Part shown: positions 23,002-32,835 of the stretch, one piece after another
How the letters are laid out: each line of letters starts with the position of its first letter
How positions within the stretch are numbered: position 1 is the first letter of the stretch
DNA from: Promethearchaeia archaeon
GTDB taxonomy: Archaea > Asgardarchaeota > Lokiarchaeia > Sigyniarchaeales > SOKP01
Assembly: GCA_046483985.1 (NCBI GenBank)
Contig: JAWOCD010000084.1
Location: 65,525 to 129,524 of the forward strand
Length of the DNA: 64,000 nt
Direction of reading: 5' to 3'
The notes under the pieces: generated by a model
What the model was told of the DNA's origin: nothing
Database searches by the model: none
The model's input: only the letters and a program-made list of their open reading frames with translations
Program-made: the position numbers and the translations under genes

Positions 23002-24825
23002 TTAGACCCAGAAGATGCGTGTACCAAATTTTAAAAAAGACAAGATAAAATTCCCAGCAACGATAATTAATGTTATCACGCGAAGTGTATTTAAGATTAG
23101 TTTTTTGGGTTTCTTCTTTTTATCATGTAGATATTCATATTTAATTTCCAAAACCGAATTTTCAGGGAGATTTCTATTTTTGAATTCTAGCTGTACTGCA
23201 TCTTTGAATCCATCATTGAGAGAATCGATCAGAGTAAAGTTATCCTCTGCGATCTTAATTTCACTGGAATTGTCTCTTTTAGAAGTGTTTAATCTTTCTG
23301 TTTTATCCTCAGAGTTGATTATAAGTTTAATTTTCTTAATATGCTGTACCCGATATTCGGAGAGTTCATATATTTCTTTTTCTGAATCAATCATAAATTT
23401 TTCCGTCTGAGTTTTTGTACCTTCATATTTTTCCCCAATACCCCAATTAATTAATTCTTTTATTACTCTATCTCCATCGAATATGGGGAGAGGAAGCATA
23501 TTAAATAAAGAAATGCTAAAAGCTATTATCCATAACCAAATCAATTCTCGATATATGAAATCAGGAAATCCTCCTGTAAATAGTTTTGAAATAGAATTTA
23601 ATGGCATCCAATATGGTTTACTCAGAATACCGATTAGGACTCCGATCACTTCTGCATCAAGCATGTACTCCTTCCCATTTTCATCTTTAAGCTTTAAACT
23701 TTTAAGGTTTTTTGTAGTTAATATACTTTCAAGTGTTACACCCTCCTCTACGTTAATCTCTGTTCCGTTGATTTCGGTTATGATGGTTCCTTCTTCTAAC
23801 TCAGTGTCCTCTTTTGAGTCAACTTGGGTTATTTTCAATTCAGTTTTCGAAGCATATTCATACTCAATACCTATATCATAGCGGGGGCCTAAGGTGATAT
23901 CCTTTTGGGATTTTGTATCTTCTTGAGGAATATAAACTTTTAACGTAAGATTATCCCCCACAGAACAAGAAATCTCATCTGTTCTATTATAAAGATAATT
24001 TTCAAGAGTTTTATTATTCCAATAATCTAATTCAAGAAAATCCTCATCGGAGCCTTGCTTTTTTAGCCCCACTATAACATCCCCAGATTCAATATTTTTG
24101 TAGTTGAATCCCCCATCCTTTTCTTGATGAACGGTATCAACTTGGATAACCTGAGAGCCATAAAATGGTGAGATAATGAGGGGAAAGATCAAAAGAAGCA
24201 CCATAGCAATTCCCGCAGTAATAATGTTGACAAATGTTCCCGCAGAAGCAATTCTAAGTCTAGTTTTCCGTTCCACCTTCTTTGATGCCATTTCCCGTTC
24301 ATCAACTTCAACAAATGCGCCCCCTCCGAGAAGAAAAAATAATCCTCCCGCCAGAACTCCCGTAGATTTTACATCGATATCGTCGATCGTTGCGGCTATA
24401 CCGTGTGCCAGCTCGTGAGTTGTCATAATAAATAACAAGGGTAATAATAAATACATAAAAATGGGGATATCAATCGTAACGCCTGGAATTAAAGGAGTTA
24501 CAACGTTTTGTACCGTGGGCTCCATAATCAGGCTAATCAGATTTACAAAAAAGAAATAAAAGCCAAAAATTGTTAATCCAAAAGAGACAAAAATACCAAC
24601 TGTCCAAAATATCCGCCAAAACTTTGGAAATTTTTTTGAAATTTTCTTTATGAAACTGTTTAACCTTTTAGTCTTTAACATAGCAATTATGGGAAAAAAC
24701 ACATAGATTGCTTCTTTTTTGTTACGTAATAGATATACTAATACGCCTATAATAAGCCAAAAACCTAAGCTTAGTAAAAACCAAGGATTTGATAAAAAAC
24801 CTAAAACCGTATCGGCTATGGTCAT
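23002..24825 (-). CDS. Site-2 protease (M50) with PDZ-like insertions
   Basis: HELAH, GAFVE, AGTFVN, FNMLPLPIFDG. Confidence 0.9.
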   Translation of the reverse strand: MTIADTVLGFLSNPWFLLSLGFWLIIGVLVYLLRNKKEAIYVFFPIIAMLKTKRLNSFIKKISKKFPKFWRIFWTVGIFVSFGLTIFGFYFFFVNLISLIMEPTVQNVVTPLIPGVTIDIPIFMYLLLPLLFIMTTHELAHGIAATIDDIDVKSTGVLAGGLFFLLGGGAFVEVDEREMASKKVERKTRLRIASAGTFVNIITAGIAMVLLLIFPLIISPFYGSQVIQVDTVHQEKDGGFNYKNIESGDVIVGLKKQGSDEDFLELDYWNNKTLENYLYNRTDEISCSVGDNLTLKVYIPQEDTKSQKDITLGPRYDIGIEYEYASKTELKITQVDSKEDTELEEGTIITEINGTEINVEEGVTLESILTTKNLKSLKLKDENGKEYMLDAEVIGVLIGILSKPYWMPLNSISKLFTGGFPDFIYRELIWLWIIAFSISLFNMLPLPIFDGDRVIKELINWGIGEKYEGTKTQTEKFMIDSEKEIYELSEYRVQHIKKIKLIINSEDKTERLNTSKRDNSSEIKIAEDNFTLIDSLNDGFKDAVQLEFKNRNLPENSVLEIKYEYLHDKKKKPKKLILNTLRVITLIIVAGNFILSFLKFGTRIFWV

Positions 24826-24927
24826 GGGAATCTTCTATTTCCTTTTAAAAGTCAAAATAAATTTGTAAAAACTTTTTATTTCTATTGTTTCCAAAAAATA
24901 AATGACTCAAAAAATAGTTTTTCCTTT

Positions 24928-25704
24928 CTATTTCTCGAGAAGATTATTTCTTTCCAAAACCCAATTATCTATTAAAAATTCTTGGGGCTTTCTTTTTTGT
25001 AAAATGTAATTATTATGTATTGTTGATTTTGGAATCCAAATCTCATTTCCTTCAGAGAAAGTGATTAATAATGCCTTTTTTGTTCCTTTTTTTATGGTTC
25101 CTCCAATATTTGTTAGATTCTTATAAAGATCTTCTTTTTGTTGGCGATTACTACTTTGATTAAATTTATTATTTATTAGGAAAGGATCATTTTTTACATG
25201 ATGAGGGAGTTTGAACGAATCCCCTATTTTAGAAGATTCTCTGGGAAAATCTTGGTCATTAATGGGAGATGATTTGTTCTTTATTGGCGGGATTGTAGCG
25301 TAAATGATTTTCTCTTCCAGAAGATGAGCTAAAAATAGATACATTACCGTAATTTCCCCGAGCTTAAGATACCTCCTATATTCTCCAATCTTTATCCATA
25401 AGTTAGAAAATTTATCATCCTCCCATTCAAAAGAAATAAGAGTTTTTGTGTCCTTGTAATTATGGTAATTCTGCCAATGATATCTTTTTTTGTTTAGAAC
25501 CTCTAATATCAATGCAATTTCTTCCAATGAACATTTTATAATCTTTCCTGCTCCTTTCGAAGGTTTTTCCCATGTTCCATCTACTTTTTTCCTAAAACAG
25601 ATTAGATGTATAAATGGTTCGGCTCTCGAATTGCTTTTTATCATTAATCCCGTATTTTGACCAAAAAACGTTTTAATGTGTATATCTGTCAATTTTATTT
25701 CCAA
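24928..25704 (-). CDS. Hypothetical protein, possible Whirly/PC4-like ssDNA-binding fold plus small C-terminal beta domain
   Basis: Duplicated beta-strands-plus-helix pattern (..KCSLEEIALIL.. / ..YLKLGEITVM..); C-terminal TKKALLI..IWIPKSTI. TTG start. Confidence 0.45.
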   Translation of the reverse strand: MEIKLTDIHIKTFFGQNTGLMIKSNSRAEPFIHLICFRKKVDGTWEKPSKGAGKIIKCSLEEIALILEVLNKKRYHWQNYHNYKDTKTLISFEWEDDKFSNLWIKIGEYRRYLKLGEITVMYLFLAHLLEEKIIYATIPPIKNKSSPINDQDFPRESSKIGDSFKLPHHVKNDPFLINNKFNQSSNRQQKEDLYKNLTNIGGTIKKGTKKALLITFSEGNEIWIPKSTIHNNYILQKRKPQEFLIDNWVLERNNLLEK

Positions 25705-25853
25705 CTTCTACTTAACTATTAATGGTTATTGATTTTCTTCAATAGAAAATTTATAAATGTCTCTAAAATCGAAAAAAATAAAAGAAGAATTTCTTTTCAT
25801 TAAATATAGAACATTTCAAATTAAAAAATTTAGTAGGATCTTATAAAAGAACT

Positions 25854-25987
25854 AGCGGGGTGGGCTAGCCTGGTTTATTTATGAGTGATTTCCGCTCATA
25901 TAATACGCCGCAGGGCTCATAACCCTGAGATCGTTCGTTCAAAAAGAAGTGCTGAGTTCCAGCAGCTTGAAAGTCGAACCCCCGCTA
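25854..25987 (+). tRNA. Initiator tRNA-Met(CAT) with two non-canonical introns (~25879-25906 D-arm; 25944-25973 T-loop)
   Basis: A1-U72 pair (AGCGGGG...CCCCGCT-A) and anticodon stem CAGGG-CTCATAA-CCCTG with three G-C pairs; removing both introns gives a 76-nt cloverleaf with T-loop TTCAAAT. Confidence 0.9.
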
Positions 25988-26097
25988 TTATATTTCCTAC
26001 TTCTAGTTCTTAATATTTTATATTTTTCTCAAAATCTAAAAAATTTTATATTAACATATAATATTATGTTTAGAAAAGCCATAAAAAGGTTTAAAAA

Positions 26098-26841
26098 ATG
26101 AGTGATTCAGGAGGTTTTAAGAGATATCCGGCAATAAGGTGTTGGATCAAACATTTATTAGAAGGGAATTATTCAAATGAAGAAAAAGCACTTTATACGA
26201 TTTTTGGTTTAGTTAAAAGGACAAGATTTGTAGCCACGATCGTTGATAAAAGAGAAATAATAGATAACAACCCCAATGAGGAGGACGATTTAATCGATTC
26301 TGAAGAGGATATAGTTTCCAGAATGGAGTTTGACTTAGATGACGGAACGGGTCTTATCCGTGCAACTTTATGGCAAGTTAATCCGGAAAATTATGAATAT
26401 CTTAACCAAGGAGACATTGTAGATGTTGTTGGTCTTATCCGGCAGTGGAAAGAATTTACATCAATTTCACCTGAAATATTGAGGAAGATAGAGAATCCGA
26501 ATTATATACTATTGAGAAATGCTCAAATTATTAAAAAGCTAAAATCAGGAGAAATTGAAGAAATTCCAGAAATCTCTGAAGAAGAATATGAGATTGATGA
26601 ACTGTCTGACGAAGTAGATATAGAAGAGTTATTTGAAGAAGAAGGGAAAGGAGAAGATGACATTAAGGGTAAAATTTATTCATTAATCGAAGAACATTCT
26701 ATAGAGGGGGAAGGAATAAATATCACGGATATATTAATGAAGGTCGAGATAGATAAAGAAGAATTGAAGGGATATATTGAAGAATTGGAGATGGAATCAA
26801 AAATATATCGTTCAGAAGGAGATACTTACCAAACTTATTAG
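26098..26841 (+). CDS. Replication protein A, RPA2/RPA32-like subunit
   Basis: OB fold (LDDGTGLIRATLW..GDIVDVVG), acidic linker, C-terminal winged-helix-like region. Confidence 0.75.
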   Translation: MSDSGGFKRYPAIRCWIKHLLEGNYSNEEKALYTIFGLVKRTRFVATIVDKREIIDNNPNEEDDLIDSEEDIVSRMEFDLDDGTGLIRATLWQVNPENYEYLNQGDIVDVVGLIRQWKEFTSISPEILRKIENPNYILLRNAQIIKKLKSGEIEEIPEISEEEYEIDELSDEVDIEELFEEEGKGEDDIKGKIYSLIEEHSIEGEGINITDILMKVEIDKEELKGYIEELEMESKIYRSEGDTYQTY

Positions 26842-26947
26842 ATCATCGCTCTACAAGATATATTTTTCTAATTGGATAATATCATAAAATTAATTATTGA
26901 TTTTTTATTTATATAATTATAAAAAAAAGGAAATTTAGAAAAATAAA

Positions 26948-27355
26948 ATGGATATTCATAATTATAAAAAACTACTAAATAAAGCTTATAAGGAAATTCC
27001 TAAAGACGTTATTCAATCGACCCGTTTTAGAATTCCAACCACTCATATCAGAAGAGAAGGGCGTAATACCTATATCACCAATTTCTTTAAAATCATTTCA
27101 AAATTAAATCGAGATAAAAACCACTTTCTTGGAATATTTTTAAAAAATGTTGGAACATTCGGAGAGACCCGTGGACAGCAATTATTTTTAAAAGGATATC
27201 ATAAAAGAAGAGTGTTAAACCGTATAATCAAAGAGTATGCTGAAGATTATGTACTCTGTGATGTGTGTAATAAGCCAGATACTAAAATCATTAAGGAAGG
27301 AAAGAAAGAATATTTGAAATGTACTGCTTGCGGTGCCAGAAGAGAAATAAAATAA
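26948..27355 (+). CDS. eif2b: Translation initiation factor aIF2 beta subunit
   Basis: RFRIP, TYITNF, LNRD, YVLCDVCNKPDT, CTACGA. Confidence 0.92.
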   Translation: MDIHNYKKLLNKAYKEIPKDVIQSTRFRIPTTHIRREGRNTYITNFFKIISKLNRDKNHFLGIFLKNVGTFGETRGQQLFLKGYHKRRVLNRIIKEYAEDYVLCDVCNKPDTKIIKEGKKEYLKCTACGARREIK

Positions 27356-27381
27356 AAAACAATAGAGAATCAAAAAGATCC

Positions 27382-27678
27382 ATGAAAGTATATCTCAAAA
27401 TTCATGATTGGAAAAAGAATAAAACAGTTGCTTGTTGCGATGAAAACCTCCTTGAGAAAGTTATCAAGGAAGGAAATTTAAAAATTGAAATTTCAAAACA
27501 ATTTTATGGGGGAGACCTTATGGATATAAATAAGGCGATAGAAATCCTAAAGGATGTGAATAATTTTAATATTGTTGGAAAAAGCATTATTGAACTTGCC
27601 ATTGAACATAAAATACTTCCAAAGGAAGGAATACGCTCAATCGATGGAGTGCCAATGGCACTGAAGATGATGTTTTAA
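27382..27678 (+). CDS. DUF424 family protein
   Basis: VACCDENLL, FYGG, NIVGK; start reassigned to ATG 27382 to avoid overlap with aIF2-beta. Confidence 0.85.
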   Translation: MKVYLKIHDWKKNKTVACCDENLLEKVIKEGNLKIEISKQFYGGDLMDINKAIEILKDVNNFNIVGKSIIELAIEHKILPKEGIRSIDGVPMALKMMF

Positions 27679-28592
27679 TGCCCAGAAGATTTTGTGCAAT
27701 TTGTGGGAAAGAGTTGGACTCAAACTCACCTCATTTTGGAATGTGCCTTGAATGTTATTTAAAAGAAAATCCGCTCTTTGAATTACCAGATAAATTTAAA
27801 TTTAAAATTTGCCCTGATTGTGGTAGATTTACTAAAAGAAAGAAATGGTTAAAACCAAAAAAGCAAGGAATATTGAAAATCATAAAAGAAGCAATTAGAG
27901 AATTTCTTATTAAATCTTATAAAGAAAAAAATATCAACTTTGAGATTGGTTTAGACGAGGATAGTATAGTTCTTACCTCTAAAAATTTGATTAAAAAAAT
28001 TGAAGTAATTATTTATGGATATATTAAAAATAATCCTAAATTGAACCATCAGCAACGTATTAACTTAATTATTAATTATGATTTATGTAAAAATTGCAGC
28101 AGAATAAGAGGAGGAAACTATTTCGTTTCAATAATTCAGCTCCGCGTAAAAAATGAGTCATATTATGATAAAATTAATGAAGTAATACAAATAATTCAAC
28201 CTTTTGTTGAAAACCAATTCGAGAAAGATCGCCGACAGTATATTACCAAATTAATAGAGCAAAAACGTGGAGCAGATCTTTATATAAGTACTAAAAAACT
28301 AACCAACCAAATATTGAACATTTTAGACCGTAAATATCATTTTATTAAAAAACGTTCCAGAAAATTAGTTGGCCGGAATACCCAAGAGGGAAAAAATGTA
28401 TATCGTCACAAGTTTCTGATTAAGTTCCTACCTGTAGAAAGAGAGGATAGAATAAAAATATATGATGAAATCTTCGAAATAAATAATATTCTTAAAAATA
28501 CGGTCATTATGAAAAACAACAAAAATGAAAAAAAGACAAAAGATTATGGGTTTTTTTTTGAGAATAAATTTCAAAAAATAAATAATGATTAA
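27678..28592 (+). CDS. nmd3: Nmd3 family ribosome export/maturation protein
   Basis: CAICG, CLEC, CPDCG, CKNC..GNYFVSIIQLR, KLVG. Confidence 0.88.
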   Translation: MPRRFCAICGKELDSNSPHFGMCLECYLKENPLFELPDKFKFKICPDCGRFTKRKKWLKPKKQGILKIIKEAIREFLIKSYKEKNINFEIGLDEDSIVLTSKNLIKKIEVIIYGYIKNNPKLNHQQRINLIINYDLCKNCSRIRGGNYFVSIIQLRVKNESYYDKINEVIQIIQPFVENQFEKDRRQYITKLIEQKRGADLYISTKKLTNQILNILDRKYHFIKKRSRKLVGRNTQEGKNVYRHKFLIKFLPVEREDRIKIYDEIFEINNILKNTVIMKNNKNEKKTKDYGFFFENKFQKINND

Positions 28593-28597
28593 AGAAC

Positions 28598-29395
28598 ATG
28601 GATTTTGAAAAGAAAAAGGATTTCCACAAAAAAGTCGATGAGTTAGAACGTACTAATATCGATAAACGACGGATTAGAAAGACAGATAGATCTAAGCAAC
28701 GTTCAGCCGTTGAGTCAGTCTTCGATGAGAGAACAACATTTGAATTGAGAAAATTACTGCAAAACGGGCCCCTCAATGAGATAGAAGGGATAATTTCGGC
28801 TGGTAAAGAGGCAAATGTATACTTAGGTTATGATTTAGACGGAAACGAGGTCGCCATTAAGATCTATAAAATAGATCGGAATACGTCTAAATGGATGAAA
28901 AATTATATTTTAGGAGATCCTCGTTTTAAAAAAGTTCCAAAAAATATTTCAAAGGTAATTTATCTATGGGGTCGTAAAGAGTTTAAAAACCTTAAAAGAA
29001 GTTATAAATATAATTTACCAGTCCCGAAACCAATTAAAATTAAGAGTAACATTTTAATTATGGAATATATTGGATTTGGGCCTATTCCAGCGCCACAATT
29101 AAAAGATATAAGGAAAATCAGGAATCCATATGATCTTTTGGACAGAGTTTTATCTTTTATTAAAGATCTTTTTCAAAAAGCTAAACTAGTGCATTCTGAT
29201 TTAAGTGAATTTAATATTTTATACCACAATCAAAAACCAGTGATAATTGATATTTCACAAGCAGTTTCAATCGCTCATCCAAAAGCAGAACGTTATTTAG
29301 TGAGAGACATAAAAAATATATTCAACTATTTTGAAGGGATCGGAATTGACATGCCAAATCCAGAAGAATTTTATTATGAAGTAATTGATATTTAA
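28598..29395 (+). CDS. rio1: Serine/threonine kinase Rio1
   Basis: ISAGKEANVY, AIKIY, EFKNL, LVHSDLSEFNIL, IIDISQ. Confidence 0.93.
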   Translation: MDFEKKKDFHKKVDELERTNIDKRRIRKTDRSKQRSAVESVFDERTTFELRKLLQNGPLNEIEGIISAGKEANVYLGYDLDGNEVAIKIYKIDRNTSKWMKNYILGDPRFKKVPKNISKVIYLWGRKEFKNLKRSYKYNLPVPKPIKIKSNILIMEYIGFGPIPAPQLKDIRKIRNPYDLLDRVLSFIKDLFQKAKLVHSDLSEFNILYHNQKPVIIDISQAVSIAHPKAERYLVRDIKNIFNYFEGIGIDMPNPEEFYYEVIDI

Positions 29396-29587
29396 GAATT
29401 CTCTATTCAATAATCAATATAAATATGGGGCATTATTATCTATGGATTAGATAGACTAGATATATATTAAGATCATTAACCCATTTAAACTATTTAAAAA
29501 AATGTGCCATGAAACATATTCCTTAATGAATGGGGGCTCTCAGATTTTAAATGATAATATTATAAGGAAATATTCATTTTTGTTAAT

Positions 29588-30145
29588 ATGAAAGTCGGAA
29601 AAAAAAGGATCGCTGTTGTAATTGGAACGGAGGGGGAAGTTAAGAATGAGATTGAAAGAAAATTAGGTTTAGATATTGATATTGATAGTAAAACGGGCTT
29701 GGTTGAGATTAAACCAAATAAAGATCATCCAAATTATGAACCATACAACAAATTAATCGCTAATAGGATCATAAAGGCCATTAGTCGAGGTTTTAACCCA
29801 TCTAAAGCTATGAAACTATTAGATGAAAATATTCAATTACAAGTCGTTAATCTAGTCTCGATCTTAGGAAAGTCCGACAAGAAATTAAGGAGGATTAAAG
29901 GTAGACTTATTGGAAGAAATGGGGAAATGCGTAAGGCATTAGAACAATATGGCGAATGTTTCGTTGCTATATATGGTAAAACCATATCTGTCATTGCTCA
30001 TTATCAAAATATGAATGTTGTCCGAAAGGCAATTAATATGTTAATTGAGGGCACCCCACACCACGTTGTTTTAAAGCTGCTTGAGCGAAAATATAACGAG
30101 AGAAAGAAAGAAAGGTTTAGAGAGATGTACAAACCAGAGTTTTAA
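29588..30145 (+). CDS. KH-domain pre-rRNA processing protein (Dim2/Pno1)
   Basis: RIAVVIG, AISRGF, RIKGRLIGRNG; follows rio1 as is usual in archaea. Confidence 0.88.
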   Translation: MKVGKKRIAVVIGTEGEVKNEIERKLGLDIDIDSKTGLVEIKPNKDHPNYEPYNKLIANRIIKAISRGFNPSKAMKLLDENIQLQVVNLVSILGKSDKKLRRIKGRLIGRNGEMRKALEQYGECFVAIYGKTISVIAHYQNMNVVRKAINMLIEGTPHHVVLKLLERKYNERKKERFREMYKPEF

Positions 30146-30373
30146 AGAGCATTAAATTTCTCCCTATGTGTTTCATATAAAGAGAGGATAACAACTGAAT
30201 AAATTTTATGGTTTTTCTTGATTTTATAGTCAAGTACATCGATCTGAAAACTTTTTATAGAAAATGTCTCAGTATTAGAGTTTTTGTAAAGAATTATTCG
30301 TCTCGGGGGGAATTAACATCTCTAAAAATAAGAGCCCATCCATCAATATAATGTTCACAATTTTTTTTGAGTT

Positions 30374-31486
30374 CTAATCAAAGGAGATCTCCTCAATATC
30401 AAAAAGGTCACTCGATAAACCCAATTTTGATCTAGAGACATTCGGATCCAGCAAATTTCGATTAAAAGATTCTTGAGAGGGTTGATTTCCGAATATCTGA
30501 GGGGATTTAATACCCGTTATTAAAAGCATAATCCGTAAAAATCCATCAAACTCATCGGATACTCTGGCACCCCAGATAACCATTGAATTGTTAACATCCA
30601 TTTTTTGCGAAATCTTCTCCGCAACGGAATTTGATTCCTCTAAAGTCATATCGTTTCCTCCACTTACATGAATTAAAGCTCCTTTAGCTCCATCAATATC
30701 CACATCTAATAGGGGTGAACTCAACGCATCTTTTATTGCTTCATCCACTCTATTTTCTGCATTAGATGACTCCCCTATTCCCACAATTGCAACACCTCCA
30801 GTTCTTAAAACCGTTCTAACATCGGCAAAGTCTAAATTGATTAATGAGGGTAAAGATATTGTTTCTGTAATACCTTTCACCATGGTTGCTAAAACTTCGT
30901 CAGCAACGCTAAACGCTTCAAGAATTGGTAAGTCAGGGGCGATTTCCATTAACCTATTATTATCAATTACAACGAGCGTATCGACATACTTCTTTAAAAT
31001 GTTGATTCCTTTTCTGGCCTTTTTAATCCTTCCGATTTCGGTTTTAAAGGGAAGCGAGACAACACCAACAACAATCGCACCTTCATTTTTGGCAATCTCA
31101 GCAATTATCGGCGCACTTCCCGTACCTGTTCCTCCGCCTTCCCCGCAAGTTATAAACACCAAATCCGATCCTCTAAGGATATCGTTAATATCGTCAATAG
31201 ATTCCTCCGCAGCTGCGCGTCCAATTTTTGGATCCCCGCCTGCCCCTAAACCTCTGGTAAGTTGTTTTCCAATTAATAATTTTATATGTGCTTCACGCAT
31301 GTCCAAATGTTGTCTATCGGTATTTATTGAAATACATTTTGCCCCTTTGATTCCAATTTTCATTAATCTATCTACGGTATTATTTCCAGCTCCTCCGCAA
31401 CCTACAATTTTAATGTTTGCATATCCAATACTTTCGTCCGCTTTAGGTTGACTTCGGCTTTTTGCTTTTTCAATTAACGAATCCAT
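30374..31486 (-). CDS. ftsZ: Cell division protein FtsZ
   Basis: GCGGAGNN, INTD, GLGAGG, GGGTGTG, NLDFADV, IWGA. Confidence 0.96.
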   Translation of the reverse strand: MDSLIEKAKSRSQPKADESIGYANIKIVGCGGAGNNTVDRLMKIGIKGAKCISINTDRQHLDMREAHIKLLIGKQLTRGLGAGGDPKIGRAAAEESIDDINDILRGSDLVFITCGEGGGTGTGSAPIIAEIAKNEGAIVVGVVSLPFKTEIGRIKKARKGINILKKYVDTLVVIDNNRLMEIAPDLPILEAFSVADEVLATMVKGITETISLPSLINLDFADVRTVLRTGGVAIVGIGESSNAENRVDEAIKDALSSPLLDVDIDGAKGALIHVSGGNDMTLEESNSVAEKISQKMDVNNSMVIWGARVSDEFDGFLRIMLLITGIKSPQIFGNQPSQESFNRNLLDPNVSRSKLGLSSDLFDIEEISFD

Positions 31487-31605
31487 CTTAATAACTCACA
31501 TCAAATCAATTATTATATTATCAATACAATAAGAAAAATAAGTAGAAGGATAATATATTAGTATATTATCCAGATATGATCCTTTAAAAGATAACGATTG
31601 GCTTT

Positions 31606-32826
31606 TTAATATAAAGAAAAATCCCCATCTACCATAGGGTTAAATATGTTATTGGATCTATCATCCGTTACCATGTAAATTTGTGGTAATTGATAAGGAA
31701 ACCGATTAGAAAACGTTAAACAATATGCCCCAACGTTAGTGACGAGAACCCTCTCATTTTCTTTATTTTCTTGCGTGAAAAAATAATCCTTAACTAACAC
31801 ATCTTGATCTGTTGGGACAATCCCCGCTATAGAGATCTTGTATTTGTGGGCTTTATCGATTTTATCCGCATTATAAAATCTCAAAGAACAACGTGCAAAC
31901 TTGGGGCATATATAATTGCCTATATTAAGAAAGATCCAATTATTATTTGAAACTTTTGTTATTTTTGCAATATATAATCCTGCATCGCCGACAAAGTAAC
32001 GGCCTGGCTCAAAATAGATTTGGTTATATTCAATTTTAGATTTTTCAAGTTTCTTTTTGATTGCATTTGCAATCTTAAGAAGTTGTTTTTCTGGCATTAT
32101 GACTGCTTCGGGAAAGCCACCTCCCAAATTAATATTTTTAACATTTAAATTAAAGGATGAGAGTTTTTTTAGCCCCTCAACGATGGTCTGCACATTTTTA
32201 AGATATTGGTGGGGACTATTCATTTGGCTTGTAAAATGCGAGAGCAATGTTGAGATCTTTATATGATTGCTCTGATCTAAAACATTATTCAAGAAGGCTA
32301 AATTTTTCTCAGTTAGCTGAATTCCTAGCTTACTTTCATATTTCTGAGAATTAATTCTCAAACACAAATTTTGGATAGATTTATATTTTCTCGCAATTTT
32401 ATTCACTTTCTTAATATCCTTCAAATCATATATGATAATTTCTCTGACATTCTGTTTTACGGCCATTTCAATTAGATCTTCCGGTAAATAAGGACCACCC
32501 ACAATTATATTCTCGGGATCAAAATCAAGTGATAAGGCCAATTTCATTTCAGGAAGACCAATCACTTCTGCCCCTATCTTCTCTGTTTTTATTATTTTAC
32601 ATACTTGGGAGAGATAATTTGCTTTAAAGGAATAAAAGCCCTTAAAATTATCAAAAACCGAAGAAAATACTCTTTTGAAAGTCTGAATATTTTTTCTTAT
32701 TTTATTTTCTAAAAGAATCATTAAAGGAGTCTTCTTATCCTTCATAAAACTCTCAAATCTCACTTGATCAAAAAAAAGATCTCCTTGATCTTTTTTAATA
32801 TAAGTATTACCTGCTATTTTCTTCAT
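31606..32826 (-). CDS. PLP-dependent fold-type III decarboxylase (LysA/ODC-like, divergent)
   Basis: YSFKAN (PLP Lys), SKLG, NLGGGF, EPGRY, GAY. Confidence 0.75.
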   Translation of the reverse strand: MKKIAGNTYIKKDQGDLFFDQVRFESFMKDKKTPLMILLENKIRKNIQTFKRVFSSVFDNFKGFYSFKANYLSQVCKIIKTEKIGAEVIGLPEMKLALSLDFDPENIIVGGPYLPEDLIEMAVKQNVREIIIYDLKDIKKVNKIARKYKSIQNLCLRINSQKYESKLGIQLTEKNLAFLNNVLDQSNHIKISTLLSHFTSQMNSPHQYLKNVQTIVEGLKKLSSFNLNVKNINLGGGFPEAVIMPEKQLLKIANAIKKKLEKSKIEYNQIYFEPGRYFVGDAGLYIAKITKVSNNNWIFLNIGNYICPKFARCSLRFYNADKIDKAHKYKISIAGIVPTDQDVLVKDYFFTQENKENERVLVTNVGAYCLTFSNRFPYQLPQIYMVTDDRSNNIFNPMVDGDFSLY

Positions 32827-32835
32827 TTTATATAA

